Of a stretch of 64,000 bases of DNA, positions 37,452 to 47,111 are shown in pieces; within the stretch, counting starts at the first letter, position 1, and every line of letters starts with the position of its first letter. The DNA is from a candidate division WWE3 bacterium. Its GTDB lineage: Bacteria; Patescibacteriota; WWE3; UBA101185; UBA10185. The notes beneath the pieces are model-generated. The model was not told the DNA's origin, searched no databases, and saw only the letters and a program-made list of their open reading frames with translations. Both the position numbers and the translations under genes were made by a program. Location of the stretch: contig WJKK01000001.1 of NCBI GenBank assembly GCA_014729135.1, positions 794,919 through 858,918 on the forward strand. Direction: 5' to 3'.

Positions 37452-37583
37452 ATGGATGAGAAATGTGAAGGATGCCCGTTTTGCACCGCAACGAGGGAAG
37501 AGGCTATAGCAGAGCTCAATGGCTATGGCTGTCAAAAGGGCAAGGAAGGAACCTGCCCTACAGTGGAGGATAGAAGAAAATAG
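37452..37583 (+). CDS. small Cys-rich protein (43 aa, hypothetical)
   Basis: AGAGGAG upstream; MDEKCEGCPFCTATREEAIAELNGYGCQKGKEGTCPTVEDRRK; followed by a 12-bp-stem hairpin (gcacacgggagc...gctcccgtgtgc). Not in the track because it is shorter than 60 aa. Confidence 0.25.
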   Translation: MDEKCEGCPFCTATREEAIAELNGYGCQKGKEGTCPTVEDRRK

Positions 37584-37738
37584 GATGGCTCCTCCCCATC
37601 CCGGCACACGGGAGCTCCCGCGAGATTTGAAGTAAATTTCGCCGGCTCCCGTGTGCTAAACCCCCTCCCAATTAAAACCCAGCAAACACCTACACACATC
37701 CCTCCAAAAACAACCCAAAATCCGCTAAAATAAAAACC

Positions 37739-38089
37739 ATGAAAAAAACAAACCCCTCCACCAAATCCCCTAAAAAAACTAAAAACAACCACACATTCCA
37801 CAACTGGTCCGATACCGTCAGCAAAATCGTAGGCTCCCCCTATTGGTTCCTCTTCTCCTTTGCCATCATCATCGTCTGGGTACCCTCCGGATTCTTCTTT
37901 GGCTTCAACGACATCTGGCACCTGCTGATTAACACTACAACCACAATCTTAACCTTTTTAATGATGTCTCTTTTGCATGCGTCGCAGGATCAGTGGGAAA
38001 AGAAGATGGATAGGACGCAGGATCGTGAGCGTGAGGAGATGCGGGAGATTCGTAAGCACCTGGAGGAGCTTGAGAAGAGGATTAAGTAG
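37739..38089 (+). CDS. small membrane protein, DUF1003/low-affinity iron-permease-like
   Basis: Two TM helices, then ILTFLMMSLLHASQDQWEKKMDRTQDREREEMREIRKHLEELE, resembling the LQNxQNRD...LDEL pattern of the family. Confidence 0.45.
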   Translation: MKKTNPSTKSPKKTKNNHTFHNWSDTVSKIVGSPYWFLFSFAIIIVWVPSGFFFGFNDIWHLLINTTTTILTFLMMSLLHASQDQWEKKMDRTQDREREEMREIRKHLEELEKRIK

Positions 38090-38191
38090 CCCACCAAAGC
38101 AGAAGGCATAACAACACAGGATAGCGTAAGTTAGCAAATTCACCCTGATAATTATGTTAAAATCCTAAGGCGTAAGCATAAGAGAGGCTGC

Positions 38192-38266
38192 GCCTGGATA
38201 GCTCAGTGGTAGAGCAATCCCCTTGTAAGGGATAGGTCGTGAGTTCAAATCTCACTCCAGGCTCCA
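38192..38266 (+). tRNA. tRNA-Thr (anticodon TGT)
   Basis: Manual cloverleaf: acceptor GCCTGGA/TCCAGGC, D GCTC-AGTGGTA-GAGC, anticodon stem ATCCC/GGGAT with loop CTTGTAA, T-loop TTCAAAT, CCA encoded. Confidence 0.85.
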
Positions 38267-38579
38267 GAGGCCCCGCTGAAAGCGGGGGCGATGGCTTAAC
38301 AAAACACGAGCTTTCCTTTTGGACAGCAATGTTCAAGCAAAGTGTTTTGTTATGCTCGAAATCCGCCGAAGGCGGATTGAGAAACTTGTGATAAATTGAA
38401 AACATAAGCACCCACCCCAAGCCGGGGTACCGAACTGTAAAGTTTTTGCAAAAAACTTTATCAGCTTAAGCAAACGCGTAGCGTTTGTTTATGGCTAAAA
38501 AGTAGCAAAGCTACTTTTTATAGTCTTGAGTACCTTGTCAAGGTTTGTGATAAATTGAAAATATGAATACCTACCTCTA

Positions 38580-38665
38580 GCCGGGGTACCGAAGCGGTCA
38601 AACGGAACTGTCTGTAAAACAGTCGGCATTAGCCTACATAGGTTCGAATCCTATCCCCGGCACCA
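38580..38665 (+). tRNA. tRNA-Tyr (anticodon GTA) with a long variable arm
   Basis: Acceptor GCCGGGG/CCCCGGC, anticodon stem ACTGT/ACAGT with loop CTGTAAA, variable arm CGGCATTAGCCTAC, T-loop TTCGAAT, CCA encoded. Confidence 0.85.
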
Positions 38666-38804
38666 GCAAAAATCGCGAGTGAAGCGAGTATTTTTGCTGG
38701 CTCAAGCAAATGTGAGCGAATGCGAACATTTGTTTGTTGCCTCACAAGTTGTACTCAACTTGTGAAAGTGTGAAAGAAACGGTTTTATTAGATACAAGTT
38801 TTTA

Positions 38805-38880
38805 GCCCACTTAGCTCAGTTGGTAGAGCAACTCCATGGTAAGGAGTAGGTCGGCAGTTCAATTCTGCCAGTGGGCTCCA
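38805..38880 (+). tRNA. tRNA-Thr (anticodon GGT)
   Basis: Acceptor GCCCACT/AGTGGGC, anticodon stem ACTCC/GGAGT with loop ATGGTAA, T-loop TTCAATT, CCA encoded. Confidence 0.8.
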
Positions 38881-38934
38881 GAAAATCCACAACCACATTC
38901 CGCAAACAACCACCCAAGAATTTGCACCAAAAAC

Positions 38935-38966
38935 AGGTTGCTCGAGAACTCAAATGCATCTATAAT
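38935..38966 (+). promoter_or_regulatory. sigma70-like promoter upstream of tRNA-Trp (TTGCTC-N17-TATAAT)
   Basis: ttgctc gagaactcaaatgcatc tataat, read directly, about 25 nt upstream of the tRNA-Trp 5' end. Confidence 0.45.
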
Positions 38967-38990
38967 GCTTACGCTAAAAAGGTTTTACAA

Positions 38991-39064
38991 GGGGACGTCG
39001 GTTAGTGGTAAACCATGGGACTCCAAATCCCAAACCGGGGGTTCGATTCCCTCCGTCCCTGCCA
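38991..39064 (+). tRNA. tRNA-Trp (anticodon CCA)
   Basis: Acceptor GGGGACG/CGTCCCT (G1-U72 wobble), D GGTT-AGTGGTA-AACC, anticodon stem TGGGA/TCCCA with loop CTCCAAA, T-loop TTCGATT, CCA encoded. Confidence 0.8.
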
Positions 39065-39074
39065 AAAATCAACT

Positions 39075-39482
39075 TCACTCCCCACGCGAAAAAACCCTCA
39101 ACAAATCCCGGTCAAAAGAAGCAACCTCCACACACCCCTCCCCCAAAGCAGAAACCACCACAAAACAGTCCTCCAAATCCAGTTTCGGCACAGAGGCATA
39201 AAGATCTAAAGCCTCCAAAAACAAGTCGCGTTGATTAAAATCTATAGTCAAAAAATCCAGAGATGACAAACCTCCCAAGGCCTTAACAATAGAATCCTTC
39301 TCAAAACCATAATAACTGCTTAACACCCAACTGACCTCAAAAAACACTATCACAGAAGTCACTAAAGCCACTTCACCGACCATGCCTTTCTTAAAAAGGG
39401 CAGAAACCTGGCGGGATTGAGCGGGAACGTCCTTAATTAGATAGCGAAGGAAATAATTGGTGTCTACAAATACTTTTTTCAT
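39075..39482 (-). CDS. vapC: PIN-domain toxin (VapC-like)
   Basis: MKKVFVDTNYFLRYL PIN start; downstream of an AbrB/MazE-type gene. Confidence 0.7.
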   Translation of the reverse strand: MKKVFVDTNYFLRYLIKDVPAQSRQVSALFKKGMVGEVALVTSVIVFFEVSWVLSSYYGFEKDSIVKALGGLSSLDFLTIDFNQRDLFLEALDLYASVPKLDLEDCFVVVSALGEGCVEVASFDRDLLRVFSRGE

Positions 39483-39557
39483 ATGAACCATATAAGCTAC
39501 TCCTAAAAAGTTGTTTCAAAAGGCCGGAATTATCCGGGAACTATACCTATACACTGG

Positions 39558-39806
39558 CTATCTACGAGAAAAACGCTTCTTTTTGGCCTTTGCAATAACT
39601 TCGTCAATATCCTCCCCTTGTAAATCGGAGGGAATTTCAAACATGTCTTCCAGCTCTTCCAACAAGTGCACCTGAGATTTCAACAAATAAGCTCCATTAA
39701 CGCGCTCGAAAACAACTTTGGAGCCCTTCTCAAGACCCATTTCTTTTCTTATCTCAATGGGAACGGTGACCTGCCCTTTTGTTGTTACGGTGGATGTGTA
39801 AACCAT
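39558..39806 (-). CDS. vapB: AbrB/MazE/SpoVT-type antitoxin (VapB-like)
   Basis: TVTTKGQVTVPIEIRKEMGL swapped-hairpin motif. Confidence 0.6.
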   Translation of the reverse strand: MVYTSTVTTKGQVTVPIEIRKEMGLEKGSKVVFERVNGAYLLKSQVHLLEELEDMFEIPSDLQGEDIDEVIAKAKKKRFSRR

Positions 39807-39915
39807 AATTACATTTTAGCGCTAGGTAAGGAAGGTGTCAAGCAGGTAAGGAATTAGCAGGGCTGACTAAGCCTCTCTAGGCTAGGCTAGGCCAAGTTAA
39901 ATCAAGTTAAGTCAA

Positions 39916-40053
39916 GTATGATACTCCATGAAAAGAGCGTTTCTCTTTGCTTTGGGAGCCAGAAACCACCACACCCTTCGGTATGATACTCCATGGAAAA
40001 GGTGCTTCTACTTGCTGTGAAAGCTTTAAAACCCTGTGGAATCGAGTATCATA
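39916..40053. repeat. two 35-bp direct repeats (GTATGATACTCCATGRAAAAG...) plus an inverted partial copy and short tandem repeats upstream of the RNA-binding protein gene
   Basis: 39916-39950 and 39980-40014 are similar direct repeats; GAGTATCATAC at 40043 is the inverse; ctaggctaggctagg and caagtta x3 tandems occur just upstream. Confidence 0.6.
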
Positions 40054-40308
40054 CTCAAACTCCCCCACTCAAAACCAAAAAATGACAAAAGCACAAAAAA
40101 ATGCTACAATCCATTTCGATGTACGAAGTTACCCGGGCAAAAGCCCCTGTTACAGTTTAAGTTTAGAATCTAGTTCGAAAAGAATATCCGACAAGAATCG
40201 GTTAAAGTCAAAGGCAACGGCAACTAAAAAGCCAACGCCAAGTACTTCCCTCTTTCGCAAGAATTCCCCTTAATCAAAAGCAAAAAAGTAAAGGCGGTGA
40301 AATATTAA

Positions 40309-40554
40309 GTGAAATTATACATAGGAAATTTACCCTACTCCACAGATGATGCGGCCCTTAAGGCCTTATTTGAGCAATTCGGAACTGTTGTTTCTGCTAG
40401 CGTTATTACAGATAGAGCTACAGGACGCAGCAAAGGTTTCGGTTTTGTTGAATTTGAGAACGCTGAAGATGCTAAGAAGGCTATGGCTGAAATGAATGAG
40501 TCTGAGGTTGAAGGTAGAACAATTAAAGTGGATGAGGCTCGTCCTCGCCAGTAA
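40309..40554 (+). CDS. RRM-type RNA-binding protein (GTG start)
   Basis: RNP2 LYIGNL and RNP1 KGFGFVEF; 81 aa. Confidence 0.85.
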   Translation: MKLYIGNLPYSTDDAALKALFEQFGTVVSASVITDRATGRSKGFGFVEFENAEDAKKAMAEMNESEVEGRTIKVDEARPRQ

Positions 40555-40594
40555 TAATTAAGGATGGGTTTTTTGCCCATTTCTTTTTCAAGAG

Positions 40595-40620
40595 ACCCCG
40601 TTTTTTAGCGGGGTTTTTTG
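40595..40620 (+). terminator. rho-independent terminator (accccg-ttttttag-cggggttttttg)
   Basis: Stem plus T-run directly after the RNA-binding protein stop, between convergent genes. Confidence 0.55.
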
Positions 40621-40658
40621 TTTGTGTTTTTGTGGAGGGACTCCTTAAAGGAGGAGAA

Positions 40659-43600
40659 TCAACGGACAACAGCAGAGCCACCCATACCATTCCCGCGAAC
40701 ATCCGGTGAATGTGACTCAAAAGCCTGAGCCGGGCGCAAACGATACTCCCCCGGAACAGAAGCCTTTACCAAGTACACATATTCATAAACTCCCGCCGGT
40801 AAATAATCCAACAACAAACGCATAGAGTCCGGATACATCTCAAATCCCGAAGCATAAAAAGGAAAACCCTTGGAAGCCCCTTCCGAAACTGAATCCCTAA
40901 ACTCAGAAGGCCCAAGCCGAGACTCATTTTCTAAAGTATCATTAACCCCCTCCAAACCGGCTGGGAAATAATCCTCAACCACAACATGCCTGCGCAAATT
41001 GGGGACAGCCAAAGTTAACCGAACTGCATACGACTCCCCCACTTCAAAATTTAGGGGCGAAACCTTGTTACCCTGCAAATCAAAATATTCGCGAACAATT
41101 CCAATGCCCTCAGAATCTGCAACAATTTGATCAAAAGGCAAAATCTTATTTACAACCAAACTATAATAAGCACTTCCACCGTCAACAAGTTTAATTTGTG
41201 CACGCTTTTCACCGGCCGAAAGGTCTGACAAAGGAATCTCACCAAAAACAGAACTCCGGCCTTCCTTAAAGTTCAACGTGCCGGACAAAATTTCCGCTTC
41301 AACAGCTTCAACAGCTTCAGCAGAATCAGCAGAATCAGCGTCCTCCCCTACCACCACCCGAACATCAGAGGGTCTAAACTTAACCCCACGAGCAAGTCCA
41401 TTTTCCAACAAAGCAGCAACTCTTAAGGCATCCGAATAATTAGCAAAATAAGAGGCTTCACCCTGCAGGAGGTGATTCACCGCCAAATCCGCTACCAACG
41501 AATCGGGATCCGTCTTGTTAAACGCCCTCAAAATCACAGCAGTTGTGCTCATGTCATTTCCGTAAAACCAAACGGCCTCCGGATAATTCCAAAAGATTCT
41601 TTGAGATGCCAAGTCCGCACTTTGCAACAGGTCTGACTTCAATTGATCAACATATTTACCCCATTTACCTCCCTGCGCCTTCATAGCAAGAATCATGTAA
41701 CCCTTGGAAACATCCTTTAACGTAGAACGCCGATTGTACAAATAAGACAAGGTGCCGCTGGTATCACGCCCTACAGAGGACAAAGCAAAGGCAATCATAG
41801 CAGCCTGATCAGGTAGGAAATGCTGAACCTCAATAAGCTTAGTATTCAGGTAGTTAGCAGCCCTTTCAACCCCAACGGAATCCACGCTAAAACCGACTTC
41901 TTGAGCCCCGGATAAAGCTACAAGCACCTGCGAAGTTACATAAGTAGAACTTTCACGACTTCTTGACGTATATCCCCATCCCCCGTCCGAAAGGCGATAA
42001 TCCTCCAATGAGTAAATTGTTTTCTCAATTTTATCAGCATAAGACTGTACAACCCCCTCATCCGAACTCTCCACCTCCTTTTTATATTTATAAATGTGCA
42101 AATTAACCAACAACTCCCCCGCTAAACTCAAACTGGTTTCACAAGGATCCTCCTCCAAAAACTCGTCCGCGATGTCCTCGGCCATAGTCAAAGGCGCTCC
42201 AAAAACAGAGGCCTTCACACTTCCAAAACGGGTGTCTGCAACATCCTCAATAGTAAAAACTTCATAAGCAACATTCTTTACATTATTTGAAAACGACTCT
42301 ACGACCTCTAATCCATAAAGATACACCTCTAAAGCCTCTCCCAAGCGATCGACAAGAACATCCCCTTCGTAAACCTCAAAAGTTATATTTACCGCCTCTA
42401 AATCATTTCTAGCGGGAACTTCCACAGGAAAGGATATCTTCTGCTCAGAACCCCCTGCTACATCAACTACGGAGGAGCTGGCGCCCGAAAAAACTAAATC
42501 AGGAGCAAGTGCCTTAACAGAATATCGTCGAGAGACTTCGGTATTATTGTGAACTACCAAACCAAGGTCAAATTTATCCGTACTGCGAACAAATCTTGGT
42601 AAAGCAGATAAAGCAAAGCTGTCCAGGCTTGCCGTAAAAGTGAAGACAGCTTGACCAAATCCGTCAGAAGTACGCGCCAGTCCAAGAAGATTCCAGCGAG
42701 TAATGCTGTCAGGCAACTCAAAATCTATCACAGCTTTACCGGAGGCATCTGTTGTCACATCCACCTCCCAATGCGCTACATCCGAAAAGTTTTCACGGGT
42801 CAAATCAATATAGTCACCCCCCGCGCCACCCTTAGCTCCGGAGCCTCCCTTGGCGCCAAGCTCCGTATTAGCATTAACACGATCCCAAGAAGCCGTTAAA
42901 GTTTGTGTAGTATTAACACCCCAAAATCTCTTTGAATAAAAGTGATTAAACGCATTCCTACGCTTAACGGGACTCATCGTAAGAAGCGCATCATCCACCA
43001 GCGCCAATGTTAGATTTGCAGCAGCAACAGGATTCCCCTCTTTATCCGTTACTGTAATTGTGGCAGTACCCGAATCCCCCGGAGCATAGCCCTCCTCCCC
43101 TGGCTCTATATCGACATTCAAAAGATGATCAGTAACATCCACGTTTAAAACCTTCACACCCATTCTAAACTCCGGCGGATTGTAAACATCAGTTCCCGGT
43201 GCAACCAACAGAGCATTAACGTAGGCATTGGGAGCATAAACATCTTTAACCAAAAGCTTCATCAGATCTGCACTGGAGTCAGGACGCGCAATCTTGTAAT
43301 CTAAAACTCCTTCAGCCTCTACCGTTAGTAAAACCAAAGGCTCTTCCAAAGTAGAAGTCGTAATTATTTCGGCAGTATCTCCTATGGAATATTCTTCTTT
43401 ATCTAAAATCAACTTTACTCTGTCATGGTTTTCGCGCTTCCAATAGCCGGAATCCCGGGAAGCCACATAAAACGTGGTATCTGCAGCAGAAACATTTCCA
43501 ACGGAATCGGTGCTTACAACTTCTATAATGTGCAAGCCTCCTCCGGAGGGCATGAAAGCATAAGAAGCATCGCCCTGATCATCCGTTGTAACCCGATCCG

Positions 43601-46600
43601 AAGTAACTAAAGTATCCTCATAACTGGTTTTGTAATAGGAGCTGCCCTCGTTATCCTTAGTCTTAACCCTGAAATACTTGCGATTGTAAACGTTAACCGT
43701 AGCCGGAATACCGGCTTTATCCTCGGCAAAGACATCCACAGTCTTAATAGCAAACTCGGACTCCTCCCCCTCCACACCAACATAGGAAAGGGGCTTAACT
43801 CCGGTGTAGTGCTCAGCCATGTGGGCTACAAATTCGGTAGTTCCCGTAAAACGCTTACCACTTTCACCGGTAACATCAGCTTCAAAAGTGTAGATTTTGC
43901 TCATGCCGGAGTCCCCCGAAGTGTTAACGCCATAACTGAAAACGCCTAAGTTGTCGGTAGTTCCGGATCCCGAGGAAACTTTCTCCTCCTCAAAACCGCG
44001 CCAAACAAGGTCATCCCCAAAATAACGCTTTGAAGAATAAAACGAGTATCCGGAAAGTCCCGAAGGATTAAACACATATTTACGCTTATATAAACGGTAA
44101 TCTAAAGGACGCCCACTTAGAGGAGCACCATAAAAGTAATTAGCCTTTGCTTGCAATGAAACGTTTTGCCCATGAATAACTTCCTTGGCAGGGCCTTGTA
44201 CAGTCACCTCAAACTCGGGAACCTTATATTCCTCCACGCGAACATCTGCTGTGTATAAAACATCCTTGGAAGAGGCTACGTTTTTAGTGAACTGAAGCTT
44301 TAAGATGTAAGCACCGGGAGTTAAATCCTCGGGAAGCTGAACCGTCCCTTTAATGGAATCAGTAACATTTTCAAAAAGATGCGTGTAAATGGGGGCATCA
44401 CTGGAGTAGCGCTTTTCCAGTTGCATGTACAAGTTTAGACCGGGAGTAGCGCTTTCAGGGGTGCCGTCCTCACCGGAGTTTACTGAGGCGTCTGAATCTG
44501 CAATGTAATCAAAAGAAGTGGGAGTGTTTCGTCGAACAAAAGCATTAAAATTAAGCTCATTTCCGGGACGATACAAAGTCTTATCCGTAACAATAAACCC
44601 TTTGTAATCCAAAGCTCCATAGGAGGCAGCCGTATAACCATATTCAGCCTCATCAAACTGGTGCGGAGCTATCCCTTCATGCCAGCTACCAAGGCTCACG
44701 CCAAATTGGTCACCCTTTTCAACCAGAACAAAGCTGTAATCCCCTATTAGAGGTTCTTTTTGCCACCAAACTCCATCGGAGTTAGTTACTCCGGTTTTCA
44801 CTGGCTCTAAAAGATTCTTATCATGCGTAATTCCTAAAGAACGGCACATTTCGGGATCTTTAAACACTTTAACCGTATTGCCTTCCCTAACATCTCTGTT
44901 GTCAAGACTTGCAGCCCATACAAAAAAGCCGTCCTGATAGTCTTTCACGGTAACTGCTGTGTTTGTAACTGCAAAAACAAATCCGGTGTAATCTTTTCCG
45001 TCGTTAGCTAAAACGTCCAAATAGTAAAAACCGGGATCCAAATCCTTTTTAGCATCGCGCTCAAAACTAAACAACACATCTGTAGGAACATTAAGATTCA
45101 AGTCAAGAGGAGTGTCCCAAGAACCTTCCAAAGTGATGTTTTCTTTTTCCAGCCAGGCTCGATTTATGCTGCCCAAGGAATACTGACAGGTTGTGGCCAA
45201 ACTTTGAAACTCACTTGTTGTAAGCGAATAAAGATTGTATGTAAGCTTGTCTGCATTTGTCACACGAGTAATAACACGTGTATCTAAGTTGTCCGAAAAG
45301 TTCTTAATGCGGGAGTAGCCGGTGTTCATGGTTACAGCTATCTCATAGGGCTTGGTTGTAAATTCAAATGTGTGAGTTGCTCCAATGGCGCGGCCATAGC
45401 GATCCGGCGTGCCGGCAGGAATGGTTAAACGATACGTTGTGGAAGGTTTTAAATAACGGTTTAAAACAAAGGTCTTCCCACGAGAACGCGTGTAGCCCAA
45501 CGCCTCGACAGAACCGGGAGAGTCTCCGGTGAGGGCCGTTAGAGATAGGTGCTTTTCCAAAGTCTCACCATCCATGGGAGAATTGAAGTTTAAGTTTAAG
45601 TTGTCCTGATAACTAATTTCCTGACCGTCTTTAAACTTTCCTTGCCCTTTTGGCAGTGAGATGCTGTTAAACCCGGGAGCATCTGCCGTCTCAAAAGTGT
45701 AAGCGTATTCCGTGGGAGCAGGCGCATTTCCGCCATAACCTAAAAACCCTGAATTAACACGCGCGGAATATTCCGTTAAAGGCTTCAAGGTGCCAACCGG
45801 ATAGAAGTCGACTTTTTGCTGCCACTGCTCTTCCCAATCGTTGTAGTAGTAAGACTTGTTGTCTGCAGAGGTACGGTTAGAAAAGACAGCACGATAAGGA
45901 ACAGCCTCTTTTGTAGCCTTCTCCGTAAAAGTAAAGTTATCTAAAAGACTTTGCCGATCTATAGCCTGATTAAAATAAAAAGTAATAGGGCCTTGCGGGT
46001 TTATGTCACTAGGTTTTGAAGCACCTCCGGAGACGCCTCCTAAATCACCTTCTGCATACAAAACGGCCGGGACAAAGTTGGTGAATTCAAATGAGTAGCC
46101 CTTCTTAAGAACTCCTCCGTCTAAAGATTTCAGGTCTTGGTTTAACGAAACTGTGTATTTCATGCCCTTTTCAAGATTTTCGGGCTCTATTAGATAGGCA
46201 GCACTACCTACCCATTTTCCGGTACCTTCTATTTCGGGGGATATCGTTATGAAGGAGGCTATTTCATCGTTGTAGTAGTTTGCGGAGGTGGTGAGGTCTA
46301 TCTTGGGAGTGGCTCCGGAGGCATCAGGCCGTTGCATAGACTTTGAAAACATTAGCACAATTTTTTCTGCAGGCTCCTGTGTATTTCCGGTAGGAGATGC
46401 AAAAGCTACTTGCGGGTGAGCTATGGTTGTAAAAGCGGAGGTGTAGTCCTTTGCAAGTCCTCTTGAGTTTTTTGCACGCGCTTCTTTGGTTAGACGCACA
46501 GTTACTAAAGTGCTTCTACTTAAAGACTCGTTTGGCGTAAATGTAAGTGTAGAGGGGCTATCCCAGGAGATTGTTCCGGCAACTTCTTTAGAGTGAGTCT

Positions 46601-47111
46601 TTTGTGGGGGCATGTTTTGAGGAGAATCGGTAGGCGCAAGGTCCTTAAGATCATTAAGCGCAGCGTCTAAACCGTTTAAAGTGGGATTAGTGCTTTGAAT
46701 AGAATTTTCAACAGGAGCCGGTTGCTGAAGCACAGTTAAAGCTTGTTCAACACTTGCCTTCGCCATTTCCTCCGAGAAGGAAAGGGTTATTGAAGGTTTA
46801 AGTGAAACCTCCTCATCGCCTGCTGCTGGAGAAATTGAAACCACCTGAGGGCACTGCAAATAATTATCAAAGACGTAAATACCCGCTCTGAGAACCAAAA
46901 ATGGAAGAAGTATCAATCCAAAGATCAGACTACTTTTTTTAGGGTTTTGGCGAATGTACTTGAAAAAGGACAGTATCTTTGGAAATAGTTTCTCCGTGAG
47001 AATTAATGAAATTTGCTTCCAAAGTGAAAGTACCCTCTTGCGGATCCCATAAAAAGTGGGTTGAATCGTTTTTTGAATCTTCTTTGTAAAGCTTTCCCAG
47101 GTACTGTTCAT
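40659..47111 (-). CDS. bacterial alpha-2-macroglobulin-family protein (YfhM-like), about 2150 aa, N-terminally membrane-anchored
   Basis: The size, the N-terminal signal anchor, the many Ig-like/MG-like repeats and the position immediately downstream of a PBP1c gene all match the conserved A2M-PbpC pair. No canonical CxEQ thioester motif was seen. The annotated start overlaps the pbpC 3' end by 173 nt, so the true start may lie downstream. Confidence 0.75.
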   Translation of the reverse strand: MNSTWESFTKKIQKTIQPTFYGIRKRVLSLWKQISLILTEKLFPKILSFFKYIRQNPKKSSLIFGLILLPFLVLRAGIYVFDNYLQCPQVVSISPAAGDEEVSLKPSITLSFSEEMAKASVEQALTVLQQPAPVENSIQSTNPTLNGLDAALNDLKDLAPTDSPQNMPPQKTHSKEVAGTISWDSPSTLTFTPNESLSRSTLVTVRLTKEARAKNSRGLAKDYTSAFTTIAHPQVAFASPTGNTQEPAEKIVLMFSKSMQRPDASGATPKIDLTTSANYYNDEIASFITISPEIEGTGKWVGSAAYLIEPENLEKGMKYTVSLNQDLKSLDGGVLKKGYSFEFTNFVPAVLYAEGDLGGVSGGASKPSDINPQGPITFYFNQAIDRQSLLDNFTFTEKATKEAVPYRAVFSNRTSADNKSYYYNDWEEQWQQKVDFYPVGTLKPLTEYSARVNSGFLGYGGNAPAPTEYAYTFETADAPGFNSISLPKGQGKFKDGQEISYQDNLNLNFNSPMDGETLEKHLSLTALTGDSPGSVEALGYTRSRGKTFVLNRYLKPSTTYRLTIPAGTPDRYGRAIGATHTFEFTTKPYEIAVTMNTGYSRIKNFSDNLDTRVITRVTNADKLTYNLYSLTTSEFQSLATTCQYSLGSINRAWLEKENITLEGSWDTPLDLNLNVPTDVLFSFERDAKKDLDPGFYYLDVLANDGKDYTGFVFAVTNTAVTVKDYQDGFFVWAASLDNRDVREGNTVKVFKDPEMCRSLGITHDKNLLEPVKTGVTNSDGVWWQKEPLIGDYSFVLVEKGDQFGVSLGSWHEGIAPHQFDEAEYGYTAASYGALDYKGFIVTDKTLYRPGNELNFNAFVRRNTPTSFDYIADSDASVNSGEDGTPESATPGLNLYMQLEKRYSSDAPIYTHLFENVTDSIKGTVQLPEDLTPGAYILKLQFTKNVASSKDVLYTADVRVEEYKVPEFEVTVQGPAKEVIHGQNVSLQAKANYFYGAPLSGRPLDYRLYKRKYVFNPSGLSGYSFYSSKRYFGDDLVWRGFEEEKVSSGSGTTDNLGVFSYGVNTSGDSGMSKIYTFEADVTGESGKRFTGTTEFVAHMAEHYTGVKPLSYVGVEGEESEFAIKTVDVFAEDKAGIPATVNVYNRKYFRVKTKDNEGSSYYKTSYEDTLVTSDRVTTDDQGDASYAFMPSGGGLHIIEVVSTDSVGNVSAADTTFYVASRDSGYWKRENHDRVKLILDKEEYSIGDTAEIITTSTLEEPLVLLTVEAEGVLDYKIARPDSSADLMKLLVKDVYAPNAYVNALLVAPGTDVYNPPEFRMGVKVLNVDVTDHLLNVDIEPGEEGYAPGDSGTATITVTDKEGNPVAAANLTLALVDDALLTMSPVKRRNAFNHFYSKRFWGVNTTQTLTASWDRVNANTELGAKGGSGAKGGAGGDYIDLTRENFSDVAHWEVDVTTDASGKAVIDFELPDSITRWNLLGLARTSDGFGQAVFTFTASLDSFALSALPRFVRSTDKFDLGLVVHNNTEVSRRYSVKALAPDLVFSGASSSVVDVAGGSEQKISFPVEVPARNDLEAVNITFEVYEGDVLVDRLGEALEVYLYGLEVVESFSNNVKNVAYEVFTIEDVADTRFGSVKASVFGAPLTMAEDIADEFLEEDPCETSLSLAGELLVNLHIYKYKKEVESSDEGVVQSYADKIEKTIYSLEDYRLSDGGWGYTSRSRESSTYVTSQVLVALSGAQEVGFSVDSVGVERAANYLNTKLIEVQHFLPDQAAMIAFALSSVGRDTSGTLSYLYNRRSTLKDVSKGYMILAMKAQGGKWGKYVDQLKSDLLQSADLASQRIFWNYPEAVWFYGNDMSTTAVILRAFNKTDPDSLVADLAVNHLLQGEASYFANYSDALRVAALLENGLARGVKFRPSDVRVVVGEDADSADSAEAVEAVEAEILSGTLNFKEGRSSVFGEIPLSDLSAGEKRAQIKLVDGGSAYYSLVVNKILPFDQIVADSEGIGIVREYFDLQGNKVSPLNFEVGESYAVRLTLAVPNLRRHVVVEDYFPAGLEGVNDTLENESRLGPSEFRDSVSEGASKGFPFYASGFEMYPDSMRLLLDYLPAGVYEYVYLVKASVPGEYRLRPAQAFESHSPDVRGNGMGGSAVVR

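Noticed and set aside
37532-37921. ORF 37532..37921 (minus strand, 129 aa, Gly/Asp/Phe-rich)
   Set aside because: It overlaps the better-supported plus-strand DUF1003-like gene and is low-complexity.
40659-47111. Thioester (CxEQ) site in the A2M homolog
   Set aside because: No CxEQ was found in the translation; the closest, PCETSL, does not fit. The family call rests on size, repeats and PbpC linkage only.
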